Both the position numbers and the translations under genes were made by a program. This document shows positions 26,017 through 39,819 of a DNA stretch of 64,000 nucleotides, one piece after another; position 1 is the first letter of the stretch, and each line of letters begins with the position of its first letter. This DNA comes from Eledone cirrhosa (lineage: Eukaryota). Where the stretch lies: the NCBI GenBank assembly GCA_964016885.1, contig OZ024745.1, forward strand, positions 25,978,001 through 26,042,000. Direction: 5' to 3'. Under the pieces are notes generated by a model, which worked only from the letters and a program-made list of their open reading frames with translations, did not search any database and was not told the origin of the DNA.

Positions 26017-27423
26017 CAATATAAACAGTTTCATAGATAAATATATTCGACATACCGTTATAACACCGACTTCCATTTGGAGAGGTTTACGCTGGCAGTG
26101 AAAAAATTTTACACAGAGAGAAAGAAAAAGAGAAAAAGAAAGAAAGACAGAAAACGAAGAAAAGGAAGAAAAAGAAGAAATGCATGGAACAAAATAGAGA
26201 GAGGGAAAGATAGATAAAGCGAAGAACTAAATCTAAAAATTCCCTTAACCTACGGACAAATTTATTCAGTTGTTGCAAACATAGATTAAACTCAACGTTT
26301 AAATATAAATTTAAATTTAAAATGTAGTATATTTAGTTTGATTTATATTTATATGGGAAACTAGCCGATAAATTTTTGATTCCTAAATTTTGATTCCTTC
26401 TTTATTCTTTTTTATTGTTTATTTTTATTTTATTTTTATTTAAACATTCCTCATGAAAAATTAAGCTACCCTAAAAGCTGATGCTCCAAATTTTTTGAAT
26501 AAACCTTACACTAGATAAACTTCTATATTAAATATAAGAACATATGTAGACCAATTTGGACACCATAGACTTTTTGAAATGATCTTTGCTAGATGTGATT
26601 TGATAGATAATTTTTAGCTTTGTCTTGTAATGAACTTGGCAATATATTGTCAATTAATTTTGAAGGGTTGATCTTTGTGGTTTATTTTTATTTTTATTTT
26701 TATTTTTTATTATTGTAGTATTTTATAATATTTTTTATTTTTTATTTTTATTTTTAATATCTTTAATATGTAAATTTTTAATACGTAATATTTTTTAATA
26801 CGTAATATTTTTAATATGTAATATTTTTATTATGTAATATTCTTTCGTAATATTTTTTTAGTTTTCTATTTTATTATTACTTATTTTTACTTATTATTAT
26901 TATTGCTATCTTTTTTATTTTTTTATTTTTTTATTTTTTTATTTTTTTATTTTTTTTTTTTTAGTTTTGTTTCTGATATATATTTTTATTAGTATATTGA
27001 AATCTGCTCTCTATTTCTGCTTGATAGATAATCTTGTTGAGTAAAGACAGGAATAATAATTAATACACATATATGTATGCTCAAATTTTTATACCACATT
27101 GAGAATGTTTTCCGTGAACTTAGAGTTTGCAGGGTGAATCATGTGGATTCGCATTGATGTTTGTTGCTGTCACATAAACATATGAATTTTTTAAAACTAA
27201 ACATAAGATAATTAATTTTCACACACTTTGGGTACTTGTCTCATTCAGGAATACTGATATTTACATTATAGTCTAAGTTTTATAAATACTAATACATTAA
27301 AACATAGGGGTTTTACGCCTCGAATATATCTGGCTATTTTTAAATTTTTTTTCTCTCGCTATCTTTTCCTCTCTCTATATTTTTTTCTCTCTATATATAT
27401 CTCCCTTACATTAATACTGGAGC

Positions 27424-27454
<31 letters not shown>

Positions 27455-27792
27455 ATGTATCATTGATACATTTACTCAAAATGACCTCCCACTACCTAAT
27501 TTTCTATATATATATGTATCTATCTCTATTTCCTCTCTCTCTCTATATATATATCTCTTTCTGTTTCTTTACATGAAGTTCTTCGCTTTATCTATCTTTC
27601 CCTCTCTCTATTTTGTTCCATGCATTTCTTCTTTTTCTTCCCTTTCTTCGTTTTCTGTCTTTTTTTCTTTCTTTTTCTCTTTTTCTTTCTCTCTGTGTAA
27701 AATTTTTTCACTGCCAGCGTAAACCTCTCCAAATGGAAGTCGGTGTTATAACGGTATGTCGAATATATTTATCTATGAAACTGTTTATATTG

Positions 27793-27858
27793 TATTTTGT
27801 CTGAGGAAGGCATAGCATATTGTTAATATGATATCCCCGAAATATATATAAGGAAATA
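27793..27858 (+). ncRNA. Hammerhead ribozyme (sense arm)
   Basis: CTGAGGA at 27801-07, GAAA at 27839-42, palindromic stem III, one stem I mismatch. Confidence 0.6.
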
Positions 27859-27986
27859 AATATGGTTTTATAAATATAGTTTCCATTTATTTAATATTGT
27901 AAATATACTCCAAATATTTGTCGAGTGCTTTTATATCAGTTATAAATATTTACTAGTTGTAACCCAACAATTTTAAATATAACTTT

Positions 27987-28092
<106 letters not shown>

Positions 28093-28138
28093 TATATAGA
28101 GAGAGAGAAGTGGTTACACAACAGTTAGTTCACCATAC

Positions 28139-28176
28139 CGAGAACAATTGTTTCACCTTAGCGGATCCTCAACTCG
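28139..28176 (-). ncRNA. Minimal hammerhead with a U3 core variant
   Basis: Minus strand reads cgag TTGAGGA t cc gctaa gg t GAAAC aatt GTT ctcg. Bracketed by a 13-bp inverted repeat, agaagtggttaca / tgtaaccacttct. Confidence 0.6.
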
Positions 28177-28909
28177 TAATGTAACCACTTCTACCTAATT
28201 CGTCCCATGGACCGAGTGCTCTACCCCTACGGATATTACCTTCCAGTGTTCTATCACTATATATATATTATATATATAGGAACGAGTAGGACCCCATGGG
28301 GTCCTACTTGTTCCTATTACCCACTCTACTACCCTAAGTTTTGAGTACTTTGGTGCGTTATGGTCCATCTGGTTCCTTACCACATTTCCTTCGTTATTAT
28401 ATATATACATACATGTATATTTATATATATATATATAATTTATACCGAGACGATATAGCTGTGAAATCTTGCACCCATTAATTTCAATTCTTCTTAATAA
28501 CTGCATTGTTTCTTTCGAGTGAGCATATTGAAAAATATACCTCATTTGGTCATTAAATGAAAGCGTCTTGGTCAGCTCACCCTGTATGTATGCATTTATG
28601 TACTTATATACACAAGTGGTCATCTAAAATCGCTAGGGTATTCAAAATAAAAAAAAATCGATGTTGAGTAGTAAAAATATACATGTTCTAAAATTTACAA
28701 CGTAATTATTCACGGTTCTTTTCTAAATTTTAGAAAAGCTGCTTTGTTTCTGAATTAGAAACCAATTCCTCTTCGTAGAGAAATAAATATCATTGAAAAG
28801 TGTAAAGAGAACAGATATGTACGTGCAGAATTCCAAATATACAGATGTACATACATTTTATCTTACGTAAAATCATGCACACGTACATATTCCTACAGGT
28901 GTGTACGTT

Positions 28910-28945
<36 letters not shown>

Positions 28946-28946
<1 letters not shown>

Positions 28947-29117
28947 ATGTATGTATAGTATATTTGGCAATATACGTATGTTTAATTTAAAACATTTTGA
29001 AGACCTTGCGCCGAAAAAAAGAAATAAGTTACATACTTTTAAAATGATAGCACAAGGTCTTCAAAATGTTTTTAATTAAACATACGGTATATTGCCAAAT
29101 ATACTATACATACATTC
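28946..29117. repeat. ~65-bp inverted repeat with a ~39-bp spacer, (TA)n-flanked
   Basis: aatgtatgtatagtatatttggcaata...gaagaccttgcgc versus gcacaaggtcttc...tattgccaaatatactatacatacatt. Confidence 0.8.
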
Positions 29118-29154
29118 ATGTATACATCGCTATTTCAGACCACCAATCCTAATA

Positions 29155-29308
<154 letters not shown>

Positions 29309-30282
29309 ACAAACATAAGTGTCCGATATCCTGACGTAAAGCGGATGAGAGATACATTTCAACCTAGTGAAAATACCTTAGGTAAGATTACCAGGGGGTT
29401 GGCGCCTATCTCCGACACCTAGTTATTCAGAATTAAGACAGTGCTATATGGCTAAGAAGTTAATTTCATATCTACCTGGTTTCCAGTTGAATTAGACCTA
29501 TCTGAACTTTGAACAAATATCATCTAACATATCATTTTGTCGATCAAATCTTTATGGAATGAAAGTGTTTGGAAGCCCATCGAAGAGACCATCTTATTTT
29601 CTGCTGGTAAATCTAATCACTCGCCCAGTTTAAAACCTCCATCTAGGTGCTTTTGGCAGAGTTTACCCTGTTTCAAGCATCCATAAAATGGTCTGAGTAT
29701 ATCCTCCTTGCCACCAGTCTCAGGGACCCCGAAAATGAGTCATGCGTTTTGCTCTTACTCCTTTGATAAATCGTAAAAATGTTTAACACTAAAATACAAC
29801 AAAATATTAAGGAAATTGCTAGAAATACCTGACAAATCTCTCTTTAAATCACAGCATACCATTGTAAAAATGAAAGCTACATGTAAAATGATGCAACCAC
29901 AGATAAGAGGATGACATTGGTCCTAGATCTGCTTGAGCATAACTGAACTAGGTATAAACAGATAACTGTCTGCGGAAGCTAAATAATACATCAAATTGGC
30001 AATTTGCATTCATTAGACTGCGGCCATGTAAATACTTTATTCAAAGTACTTATTTCATCGATCACTGTTTATCGAACAGTGAAGTGATATAGGACACAGA
30101 GTAATAGTAAACGTAAACCCACACACAAACACAAACATGTACATACTTACGCAGACACACACGGACGCATACACACACACACACGCGCGCGCGCGCGCAC
30201 ACACACACATATATGACGGGCTTCTTCACAGTTTAGAACTACCAAATTTAACTAAAATGCCCATTTTATTGTTGTCATCTAA

Positions 30283-30502
30283 CCCTTTAGCATTTAAACC
30301 GGCCATATTCGGCCAGAATACACCCCCCTCTTTCCGTTCAAACCAGCTGTAACTGACCACTCATACTGATGTTAAGGTATTTTTCTCAAAATATATAATA
30401 TCAATATCTCATAGATTCAATGTTATGTGAGATATTATGTAAAGTAAAGCTTTTACTGCGAAAATACAATAGTAAATATAGAGTAATGTAAATGCTAAAG
30501 GG
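30283..30502. mobile_element. piggyBac-type MITE
   Basis: 14-bp TIR ccctttagcattta / taaatgctaaaggg, flanked by ctaa / ttaa. Confidence 0.75.
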
Positions 30503-30965
30503 TTAACATATGACTTCTGAGTGATACCATCTAACAGTTCAACTAAATTGGTCCCACAGTCCTTATCCTTCGTCCATGTATTTGTGAAGATCGATGACTT
30601 AGTGATTGGAGCGTTGGAATCATAATCATGAGGTTGGGAGTTCGATTCTCGGACCAGATGATGCGTTGTGTCCTTGAGCAAGATACTTTATTTCACTTTG
30701 CTCCAGTTCACTCAGCTGTTGAAATGAATTGCCTCGGCACTGGTGCCAAGCTGTATCAGTCTTTGCCTTTTCCTTTGACAATACAGGTGACGTAGAGAGG
30801 GAAGACCGGTCTGCTTGGGCGACTGCTGGTCTTTCAGTAAAAACACCGTACCTAGGTAACGCATATATATATGCGTTACCTGGGTAAGAGACCACTGGAG
30901 AGAACTCATCCATGGATCTCGGGAATTTTACCCGCCCTAGAATATATATATAGAATCATTAGAAC

Positions 30966-31694
30966 ATCTGACTGATAAAATGACAAGTCAGTCAATCACA
31001 CCACCTTGCCTGTTTTCGTGCGGCCTCGAAACCCCACAGTGGTGCCTGGCTCCATGCCTTGCCCTCCTTCTCCACTGGCAGGCAGCTAGATAACAATAGC
31101 CTGCGCATCGGCGATTACTTGAGGCTTGGCCTCTGGATCTGCGAGCCACACCAATGTCGCTGTGTATCCACCGTGGACTCTTTCAGCCTCCACCCACTTT
31201 CCTGTCGCCACAGTGCCGGCCACCTTTCACGCCATACTGCCCTCAACGAGGTCATAAAGCATGGCTTAGACGCTGCAGGCTTCCCTTCCCAGCTCAAGCC
31301 GTTGGGGCTGGACCGAGGGGACAGCAAAAGGCCAAATGGCATGACCATCTTCCCGTTCCGCGGTGGCAAACCCCTCGTCTGAGATACCACTTGCACCGAC
31401 ACTTTCTCCGGCCGCAACCTGGTGCAGTCTGCGACTAACCCAGGTTCTGCTGCACGTCGAGCTGAGGAGGCCAAACTCTCCAAATACCGGTCGCTCTCCG
31501 ACAGGTTTGTGGTTGTACCCTTGGCAGTGGTGACTTCTGGTGTCCTCGGCCCTAGGGCTACCTCCCTGAGGCCAGCCGCAGGTGTGAGCCTCGCGAGCTG
31601 GAATGGCTTTTCCAGCGCGTCTCCCTTGCCGTCCGCCAGGGCTGTGGGGAGGCCACCAATATGATTGACTGACTTGTCATTTTATCAGTTAGAT
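30966..31694 (+). mobile_element. CRE-like non-LTR 3' fragment (Zn knuckle + restriction-like endonuclease) bounded by a 33-bp inverted repeat
   Basis: CRCVSTVDSFSLHPLSC...RHTALN...RGDSKRPNGMTIFPFRGGKPLV*DTTCTDT...AARRAEEAKLSKY...PLAVVTSGVLGP. Inverted repeat at 30966-30998 / 31662-31694. Confidence 0.75.
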
Positions 31695-31802
31695 ACCCAG
31701 GTTTGTGCCTCGGATAGAACAATGCGGTAGAAAAATACGAAGCTGCAAATGCAAGACAAAACAAACAAGCGATCAGAATTTTCTTCTCAAACAGTATGTA
31801 TG

Positions 31803-31879
31803 TACACTCGGGTCTCGAATAATCACCCCCCCCCCTCCCGTTCATTCCACCCACTGCAAGTATTTAGGACCCGAGAGTA
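31803..31879. mobile_element. Very short MITE
   Basis: tacactcgggtc / gacccgagagta ends. A longer relative with similar ends lies at 38221-38505. Confidence 0.5.
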
Positions 31880-31982
31880 TATATGTAGGCAAGTAGGGAG
31901 CTAGGTATGCATGTATGTATACACGTATATGAACGTATGTATATATACATGTATGTCATTATGTAGAAACAATTATATATAT

Positions 31983-32032
<50 letters not shown>

Positions 32033-32516
32033 CAAAGAAAGTGTGGTAAGGAACCAGGTGGACCATAACGCACCAGAGTACTCGATACTTAGAGTAGTAG
32101 AGTAGGAAAAGAGTCAGGACCCCGACGGCTGAGCTCCGGCCGTTTCGACAGCTAGATCCGAACCGTTCGGGTCTATTTCTATATGCGTTACACTTTATGT
32201 GGATGTTATGTAGAGACAGATGGGAGAGATATATTTAAATATAGAGAGAGGGAGAGTTTGGTGGTAATTGATATATATTTCTATTTATTTGCCACCAGGG
32301 CATCAAAGATTGGGACAAATACAAAGGGGGGAGTTTACATACATTTAAAAAGACGCGTAAAAAACATATAACAAATTAAATTTAACAATCGATGTCCTCA
32401 ATAGGGAGGGGCGTTGACATGGGTCGCACACACCCCCGAAAAAATGTGCAACCCTCCTCTTCAGGAACACAAAGAGCGGGTGCTTCCTTCCTCTTCTCAT
32501 TCTTCTCCTCTCTCAC

Positions 32517-35500
32517 CTACAGGCTGATATAGAGAGAAGGCCCATTCACTCGGGCCATTCTCGCTACTTTCACCCATCTTTCATAAAACTTGCTGGGGTA
32601 GAGCACCTCTCTCTCCATTCTGATCCTTCTTCTAAAGTGGTACTTGAAAAAAAAGACCAGTTGTTGGCCGGAGAGATAGGTGTCTGACCGCAGCCCTTTC
32701 AACCTTGTCCACCATACAACTTCTTTCGCCATGGCTATCACACAGAGGAAAACCGCCTCTCCTTCGTTTTTGAAAGGGGAGGCGGTTTGATTGTGACAAT
32801 GTTCTCGGTGGTCAACCGGATTGGTCCCACCCGCGACAGTAGTCGTTCTACATAGCCCCACAGGTCAGCAACGCCCGGGCAGTGTACGAATGCGTGTGCG
32901 ACGGTTTCCTCGCCACGCACGCATCTTGGACAGATCTTCTTCGAGGGGTCCCTACCCGGGCGCCCGTGTCTGTAGAGCTTGTCCCGAACGGGTAGAGCTC
33001 CTCGGTAACATTGCCAAGCCAGGGACTTTTGGAAGTTGTCCATCGGTCCCGGGCCAAACGTCCTACCGAACAGACTGGCCAGCTCGTCTTCCTCCATGCC
33101 CAGAGCCTCTCGGAGAGCGTCGTCGCACTTACTGCGCACCAACCCTCTATAGAATGTTGAGGTTGAGTCTCCACTGATTGCCGGATCCGCTTGCCAGAGG
33201 GCCGTGAGCGCCTGGGCACATTCAATGTGCCAGTCGCCCACTTTTCTCGGTCTTTGCTTGACCCAGGATTGCAGCTCGGTGAGTGAGACGAGTCTCGGAA
33301 AGGCTCGCCTCACAAACGGGGCCCACACCGGCTGACCGGTGAGGAATACCTGGCGGTGCCGTAGCCTTAATGCGTGTCTACGCATCGTCAGCCACGGCAT
33401 CCCCAGCCCTCCATTCGAAGGGTGTTGACAGCAGATGGATCTTCTCACCAAAGGAGCCCGCTTCTTCCAAAGAAATCGGAAGAGCGCGCGCTCCATTTTG
33501 GCGAGTGTTTTCTCTGGGCAAGGCACGACGGTCAAGCGGTAGTAGATGACGGACGCTATATAAGCGTTCGCCACCCCCGTCGACCTTTCAGGGATAGTTT
33601 GCACTCGGCCCACTTCTGGGCGAGTGCAAACACCCTGCCCGTTACCTCGTCCCAGTTTTTCTCCACCTGGAGGTCCGGTCCGAACCAGACCCCGAGCAGC
33701 TTCACCGGTTCCTCCGTCCAGCGTCCGACGATGCCGTCGGAGGGCATCGTTTTGCCCCTCCACGTCCCGAGTTGCAAACCGACGGACTTGTCCCGGTTCA
33801 GCTTGGCTCCTGTGAACCTTTCATATTCCTCCAGTAAGGTGCCGATCTGCCCGATTTCCGAGGCGCACGACACCATTACTGTCACGTCATCGGCGTAGGC
33901 CGACACCGCTTTCCGCAATCCAGGTTCCAAGGGGATGCCCTGCAACAGCTCCAGCTTCCGCAGTAGTGGCTCGAGAGCCAGCACATACAGGAGGGAGGAG
34001 AGAGGGCATCCCTGTCGAATGGATCGCGTGATTTGGAACGGCTCCGAGAGGTAGCCGTTCACCTTGACCCTAGAGCAGGTGTTGCTGCTGTGCATTGCAG
34101 CAATCCAGCCCCTGAAAACGGGTCCGAAGCCTGCCGCCGCGAGCACCGTATCCAGGTACCGATGGTCAACCCTATCGAACGCTTTATATTGATCCAAGTT
34201 GATCAGGGCCCCACCAAAGCCGGGTTCGTTCCCTACCCTCTCTCCGATGTATCGCATGAAGTGGAGGTTGTCGTGTATGGATCTGGACGGGATTGCGCAT
34301 GTCTGCGCTTCTCCCACCAGGTTCCCGACGACAAGCGCCAACCTCTTCGCTAACACCTTGGCCAAAATCTTTAACTCTGTGTTTAGCAGAGTTATGGGCC
34401 TGAAGTTATCTATGTCATCCCCCTTGTTCTCGTTCTTCCTCACCAGCGTGACTACGCCCTTGGTCACAGAACTGGGAATTCTCCCGTTCTGTTGCCAGTT
34501 GCAGTAGACCGCCTCGAGGAGACCGGAGAACAAGCCCGGCATCGCTACATAAAGTTCGTATGGTAGACCATCGAGACCCGGAGATTTGCGTTTGCCGCAT
34601 TGGCTCAGCGCTTCCCCTATTTCAGCGGCTGAAATCGCCTCCCCGTCCGAGAGCCGTGCCAGACCGTCGAGGTATGGACCGAAATCCATGGCCTAACCCG
34701 GCCCGCCGCCCCTCCCTAACAGTCGTGAAAAGCGCCGTTGAAAGGCCGCGTTCATCCGCTCAGGTTCAAGGATCACGCGTCCATCCTGGTCCTTCAAAGA
34801 CCGAATCGTGGACTTGTTTCCACTTTTTGCCTCTGTCACTCGGGCCCAGCTAACAGCTTTGGCTCCCTCGTTACCCAGAGCACGTATTTTACTCCCGACA
34901 ACGCAGCCCTCGTGCTTCGCATCAAAGAACTGGTCTAGGGCCGTTCTTGACGCCAGCACGCCGGCCCCGTTGCCACTCCTAATCGCCTCTTCTACTCTAT
35001 TTGTTAATTCCCTTTCAGTTCTATTCCTATCTGATGCTAATTCCCGACTAAAACCTATCGATTCTATTCTAATTTCTCTCTTGAGAGAGCCCCACCCCCT
35101 GTTGTTGACAATTGCCCCCGTCAAACGCTTCTTAACTAGTGTGCTAATCCGCTTACTGTAAGCTTTGTTTGTCGGTAAAGACAAGTTTAGCTTCCAGTAA
35201 CCGGGTCCCTGTCTATGAGTTCTATCAAGGTTGACCACTCTGGTCACCAATTTGTGATCCGAATAGTCAACCATGAACATTCGTGGACAGCTTAATATGT
35301 CCCTATCCTTATTTCTAACTAGGAACCTATCTAGGTACGACCTAGATGTTCCGCTGCTATTACTCCACGTCCACCGTGTGGCACAGTCGGAAAATCTAGT
35401 CGATATCTATCGGCCAGATCAAATCGGCCGATTAATCGTTTGAGGCTGTTACACCCCCCTCTATCGGGACATGCCCCTACATAGTCCCAACGTGCATCCA

Positions 35501-35917
35501 GGATACCATTCCAGTCCCCCACTAAAAGCAAGGAGCGAGACGTTCCCAGGAAATTCTCCAGGCGTCAGAAGAAGTCCGGTCGCGGTGTCCCAGATGGGGC
35601 ATACGCTGCCACCAGCCTGAAAGCTCCACCTTCACCACTGCCGACGTCTAAAACCACCAGTCGACCCTCTGTGTGGCAAGACCCAGGTATTTTCGCAGCA
35701 GAACGACAACCCCACCCCCACCCCTCGGCTGACAGAGAGATGCGTAGATCTCAAAGTCGTCGAAGATGGGGGCCAGTTGGCGCTCGCTGCTGATCCTGGA
35801 CTCGCAAATAACCATTACATCCACTCTGTGCGACATGAGGTCATTTAAGAGTTTGCCCTGTTTCCAGGACATCCCCAAGCCGCGTGCATTCACACATCCA
35901 ACTCTTATATTGGCCAT
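32517..35917 (-). pseudogene. LINE ORF2 (APE endonuclease, reverse transcriptase, C-terminal zinc finger), with multiple frameshifts and stops
   Basis: MANIRVGCVNARGL, VGDWN, YSDHK, GPGYWKLN, KSPGLDG, FRPITLLN, QGCPLS, YADD, CPRC...ETVAHAFVHC. Confidence 0.9.
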
Positions 35918-35959
35918 GTTGGTGCTGAAGAGGTAAAAAGGAAGAGGAAAGGAAATTAC

Positions 35960-37736
35960 TTACCTCTTCGTCTCCTGGGGACCAGGCTGCACAATTTCCA
36001 TGGGGGTGTTGGAAGGGTTGTTTGGTGGGGTGGTGGTTTGTGGTGGGGTGAGGACATCAGTGTGTGGTGGGATTAGGGTGTTTGGTGGGGTGTGGGTGTC
36101 TGGTGTGGGGGTGGGGAAACATCTCAATAGGACGCTGTTATGTGGTTTGGTGCAGTTGGTCCCCACATGCATTGGATGGTTCTTTTTCAAAGTTACATAG
36201 GTTTCCGTTGGGACCCTAATCATCATTAGGTGCGGTTTGTTCGCTGCGTAGGTGAAAGTGATCCCTTCGGTTTCCACCGAAAGGGTTATTTTCTATCGCT
36301 TTCGTCAACGTTTTATTGTTCTTGTTAATGTATGTATAGAGTTTTTGTTGTGTTGTGTTTGTTTTTGTTATTTGTTCTTGTGCGTGTTTGCGTTTTGTAG
36401 TACGTGTTATGTTTTGGGGAGGGGTGGGTTTTTTTATTTGTGATGTTTGTTCTGTTTGTGCTGGTGGTTGTGTATTTGTGGCATTTTTGTTGATGTGGTG
36501 CCTTTTTTTTTCCTTTTCACCTGTTGAAAGGGTTCTCCCTCGTCGTCACTGGGTGACGTTGATACGGAGTCCTCTTCTGTGTTGTTGGGGAGGGGTATAT
36601 TTTGGGGTTTTGTTGTGGTTGCTTTTGTATTTGTTTTAGGAGGGGTTGGGGTTGGGTGGGACAGTGTTTTGTGTTGTTATTTTTCCGTGTTGTTGTTGTG
36701 GTGGTGGTGGTGGTGGTGGTTGTGTTGTTGTGTTCGGGGTTGGCAGAACAGCCTTTTTTTTTTGACTCCTTAATTGAGGACAGGCAGCCCTCAGGTGACC
36801 CCTGCTTAAGCAGTGGTAACATGACGGCCGCCTTCCCTCCACTGAAATGTTTATATAAGTTAGCCCGTCCAGAGGCACGCGTTGTGGGATATTCGCTATT
36901 CGTTCTGGGCTCATTTGCACCAGAACTTCTACGGTGGTCCCACCAAATACACCTCCGGAGGACTTTCCTATTGAAATGATCTTGTCTTCGCCAAAGTTAA
37001 TTATTCCACATAGTATCCACCAAATATTTACATTTGGTGTGATACTCATTATTTTTATTCTTTGTGTCCTTTTTTCCCTGTATGTGGGGTAAAAGGTGAA
37101 GCGGGGGGACACAATGGGTGCTACCGAGTACTTTTGAGCTGTTGACTGGTTGTTCATTAGCACCGAAATGCTACCAAACAGTTTACCTTTTTGTATGAAG
37201 GTTATGTCCTTCATTGCATCTTTTAGAACCAGCACAATTTCATTTTGTGATAATTGAGCTGGTTTTCTTGTTTCGCTCGATATTGTCCTGAAAACCACAG
37301 TTTTCAGGACAGCCTCTCTACGTAATTCCTGTGGAGAATTGATGCTAAAAGCACCGTTTTCGCCAAAAGTCACGAATTGTTTTGCGTCTTGTAATAGTTG
37401 TTTAGCATTTGTTATGTCTATTGGCGTGTATAGTTCGTTTTTTATTACGGTCTGTGCGAATGTTGTTTTGGTGTTGTTGTCTTTTTTGTTACTGTCACTG
37501 TTGGTAACATTGGTGTTGCTATTGTTGCAGTTGTTGGTTGTTGTGTTATTGTCATTGTTCTTGTTGTTCGTGCTGGTATTATTTACCGGGTTTGGTTTCG
37601 TGGTTTCGATATTTTTCACGTTTTTCGATGATACGAGGGGGGAAGGCTGCAAGCTTTGTACTCCTACCTTCCCTCCACCACTTTTCTTAGTGGGCGTGGC
37701 ACTCACGACAGTGTGCGAGGTGGAAATGGCATCCAT
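35960..37736 (-). pseudogene. LINE ORF1 (gag-like, CCHC zinc knuckle), frameshifted
   Basis: Starts MDAIST. Contains VEGRRPSCYHCLSRGHLRAACP. The reading frame breaks after the A-run near 36760. The C-terminal piece ends at 35960. Confidence 0.75.
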
Positions 37737-39032
37737 TGCCACCAAGTCTACAGTTTTTAGATAAAAATTGAAAATTCCGCCCCAGAAAGGGGCGAAAATT
37801 AGTTGACTCAACGTCTGACGGCCCAGGCAAGGGGTTAAACTAAACAATGTTATTAAATTGAGCAATAAACTCACAGTTTTTTTTTACAACAATCCGTAAA
37901 AATCTGGAGCAAAGTAAATCACGTCTATATCAAGTGGTAATTGATATAGAGAAGGAAATTGGAAGACAGTTCTGTGTAGTAGATATAGAGAGGTTGAGAG
38001 TTTAAGGGTGATGGATATACAGAGGTGGATTGGGAGAGATAAGTGTAGATATTTATAGAGAGTGAGAGAGTGTGTTAGTCTTAGATATAGAGAGTGGTAT
38101 AAGAGAGGTGGTGTCGTGGTAGCTATAGAGAGGGGTAGAGTTTGGTTTTAGTAGATACAGAGAGGGGGATTAAAAGAAAGTTTTGTGTGATAGACATAGA
38201 GGGGAGGAGAGTTTGGTGGCACTCTCGGGTCCCAAATAATGGGAGGGGTGGTGCTTTGGGAAATCAGTAATTATATAGTGTACGTTCGTAAATATGGGAT
38301 TTCTTGTTATATATAATGTTTTTAAATGTAAAATAAAATTATTAGATTCTCTAGTTGCTGTATCAATATGAATCACTTACAATAAAATTTCGCCGGAGAT
38401 AAATCAGCCAAATTTAATAAGCAGGGGGTGAGTGGGGGGATCCGACAAATTAATAAGAGGGGTGGGTGAAAGGAGGGACATTACATTATTCAATACCTGA
38501 GAGTACGTGAATTATTGACGGACGTAAGAATGAAAACATAATACCGGAGTAGAGTTTGAATATTCATTTATTACGGCTAAGGCTTGTTACTGTGGAGTCT
38601 TACCTGCGTACTCACCAGACAAGACAGGTGATCCTGTGAGTGCGCACACGAAACTTTAGAGTAACAAAGCTCACCAATAGCCACAATAAATAAATGTAAA
38701 TAAATATATATATATATACATACATATATATAGGAGATGAATAAATTGGGTATAATACCAGTTTCTTACCAAATACGAAGAAGCTAGGAAAGGGCACAGA
38801 GCATAATTATATATATATATACAATAGCGGTGCAACTGGGGAGGGGTGTATGCCGCCCTCCCATAATTATATTTTCTCCCCAAACTATCAAAACACACAT
38901 CTATTTGGATATGCGCTACAATTTATGTACATGTTGTGTTTATCGCATATCGAACTTTTCTAACAATTCTAGAGTGCAAATTGTCCTAATTTGCCGGCCC
39001 ACCACAATTAAGAAATTCTTCCACTGCACCCG

Positions 39033-39104
<72 letters not shown>

Positions 39105-39258
39105 ACATAAACAGAGAAAGCCTTAAGCGATACTCCGACCAACTCCATCTCACTCAACAAACATTAGGATATACCTAAGTATTTTCCCAATTTAGTGTTT
39201 GGGTGCTAACTAATCAGTATTTTGTGGATAGCTGGTTGTATTATTTTATATAAGACAT

Positions 39259-39312
<54 letters not shown>

Positions 39313-39819
39313 TATATCGGGTGCGGTGGAAGAATTTCTTAATTGTGGTGGGCCGGCAAAATATATATATATATATACAAGGGCGGTGCCCCAGCATGGC
39401 CTCAGCCGGATGGCTGAAACAGGTAAAAGAGTAAATATATATATACGCTTAAAAATGGAATGAGAATAAGAAATAAGCAAGAACGGGAGGTGGGGGTGGG
39501 GGGTGGGGGAGAGTTTTCCTCATCAGTTGTCTACTGGGGTCTCGGATATTTCAACGCTTTAAAGACAATATATCTACCCCCAGAGCGTTACCCCTGGGTA
39601 AGTTATTGGGAGAACGGAGGAGGGAGAGAAGGAAAAAAAATATATATGTGTGTGTGTGACCATATCATCCAATATGAGGGGCTCATAAGCAATCGGTGTA
39701 CCACTTAAATGCTATTTATATCACTTTTCAACAAAATTCATAAACAAAATATACTGTCATTTAAACCACATGACATTCATTTTAACAAGTGTTGGAGATA
39801 TTTACATTATGCTGTTTAG

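Larger units (their letters stand above)
32276..37933 (-). mobile_element. Full-length Tx1/L1-clade LINE, decayed
   Basis: 15-bp TSD gtggtaattgatata at 32261-32275 and 37934-37948. Two-ORF layout. A-rich 3' end. Confidence 0.9.

Noticed and set aside
32821-35161. Plus-strand ORFs overlapping the LINE
   Set aside because: Antisense shadows of the GC-rich ORF2.
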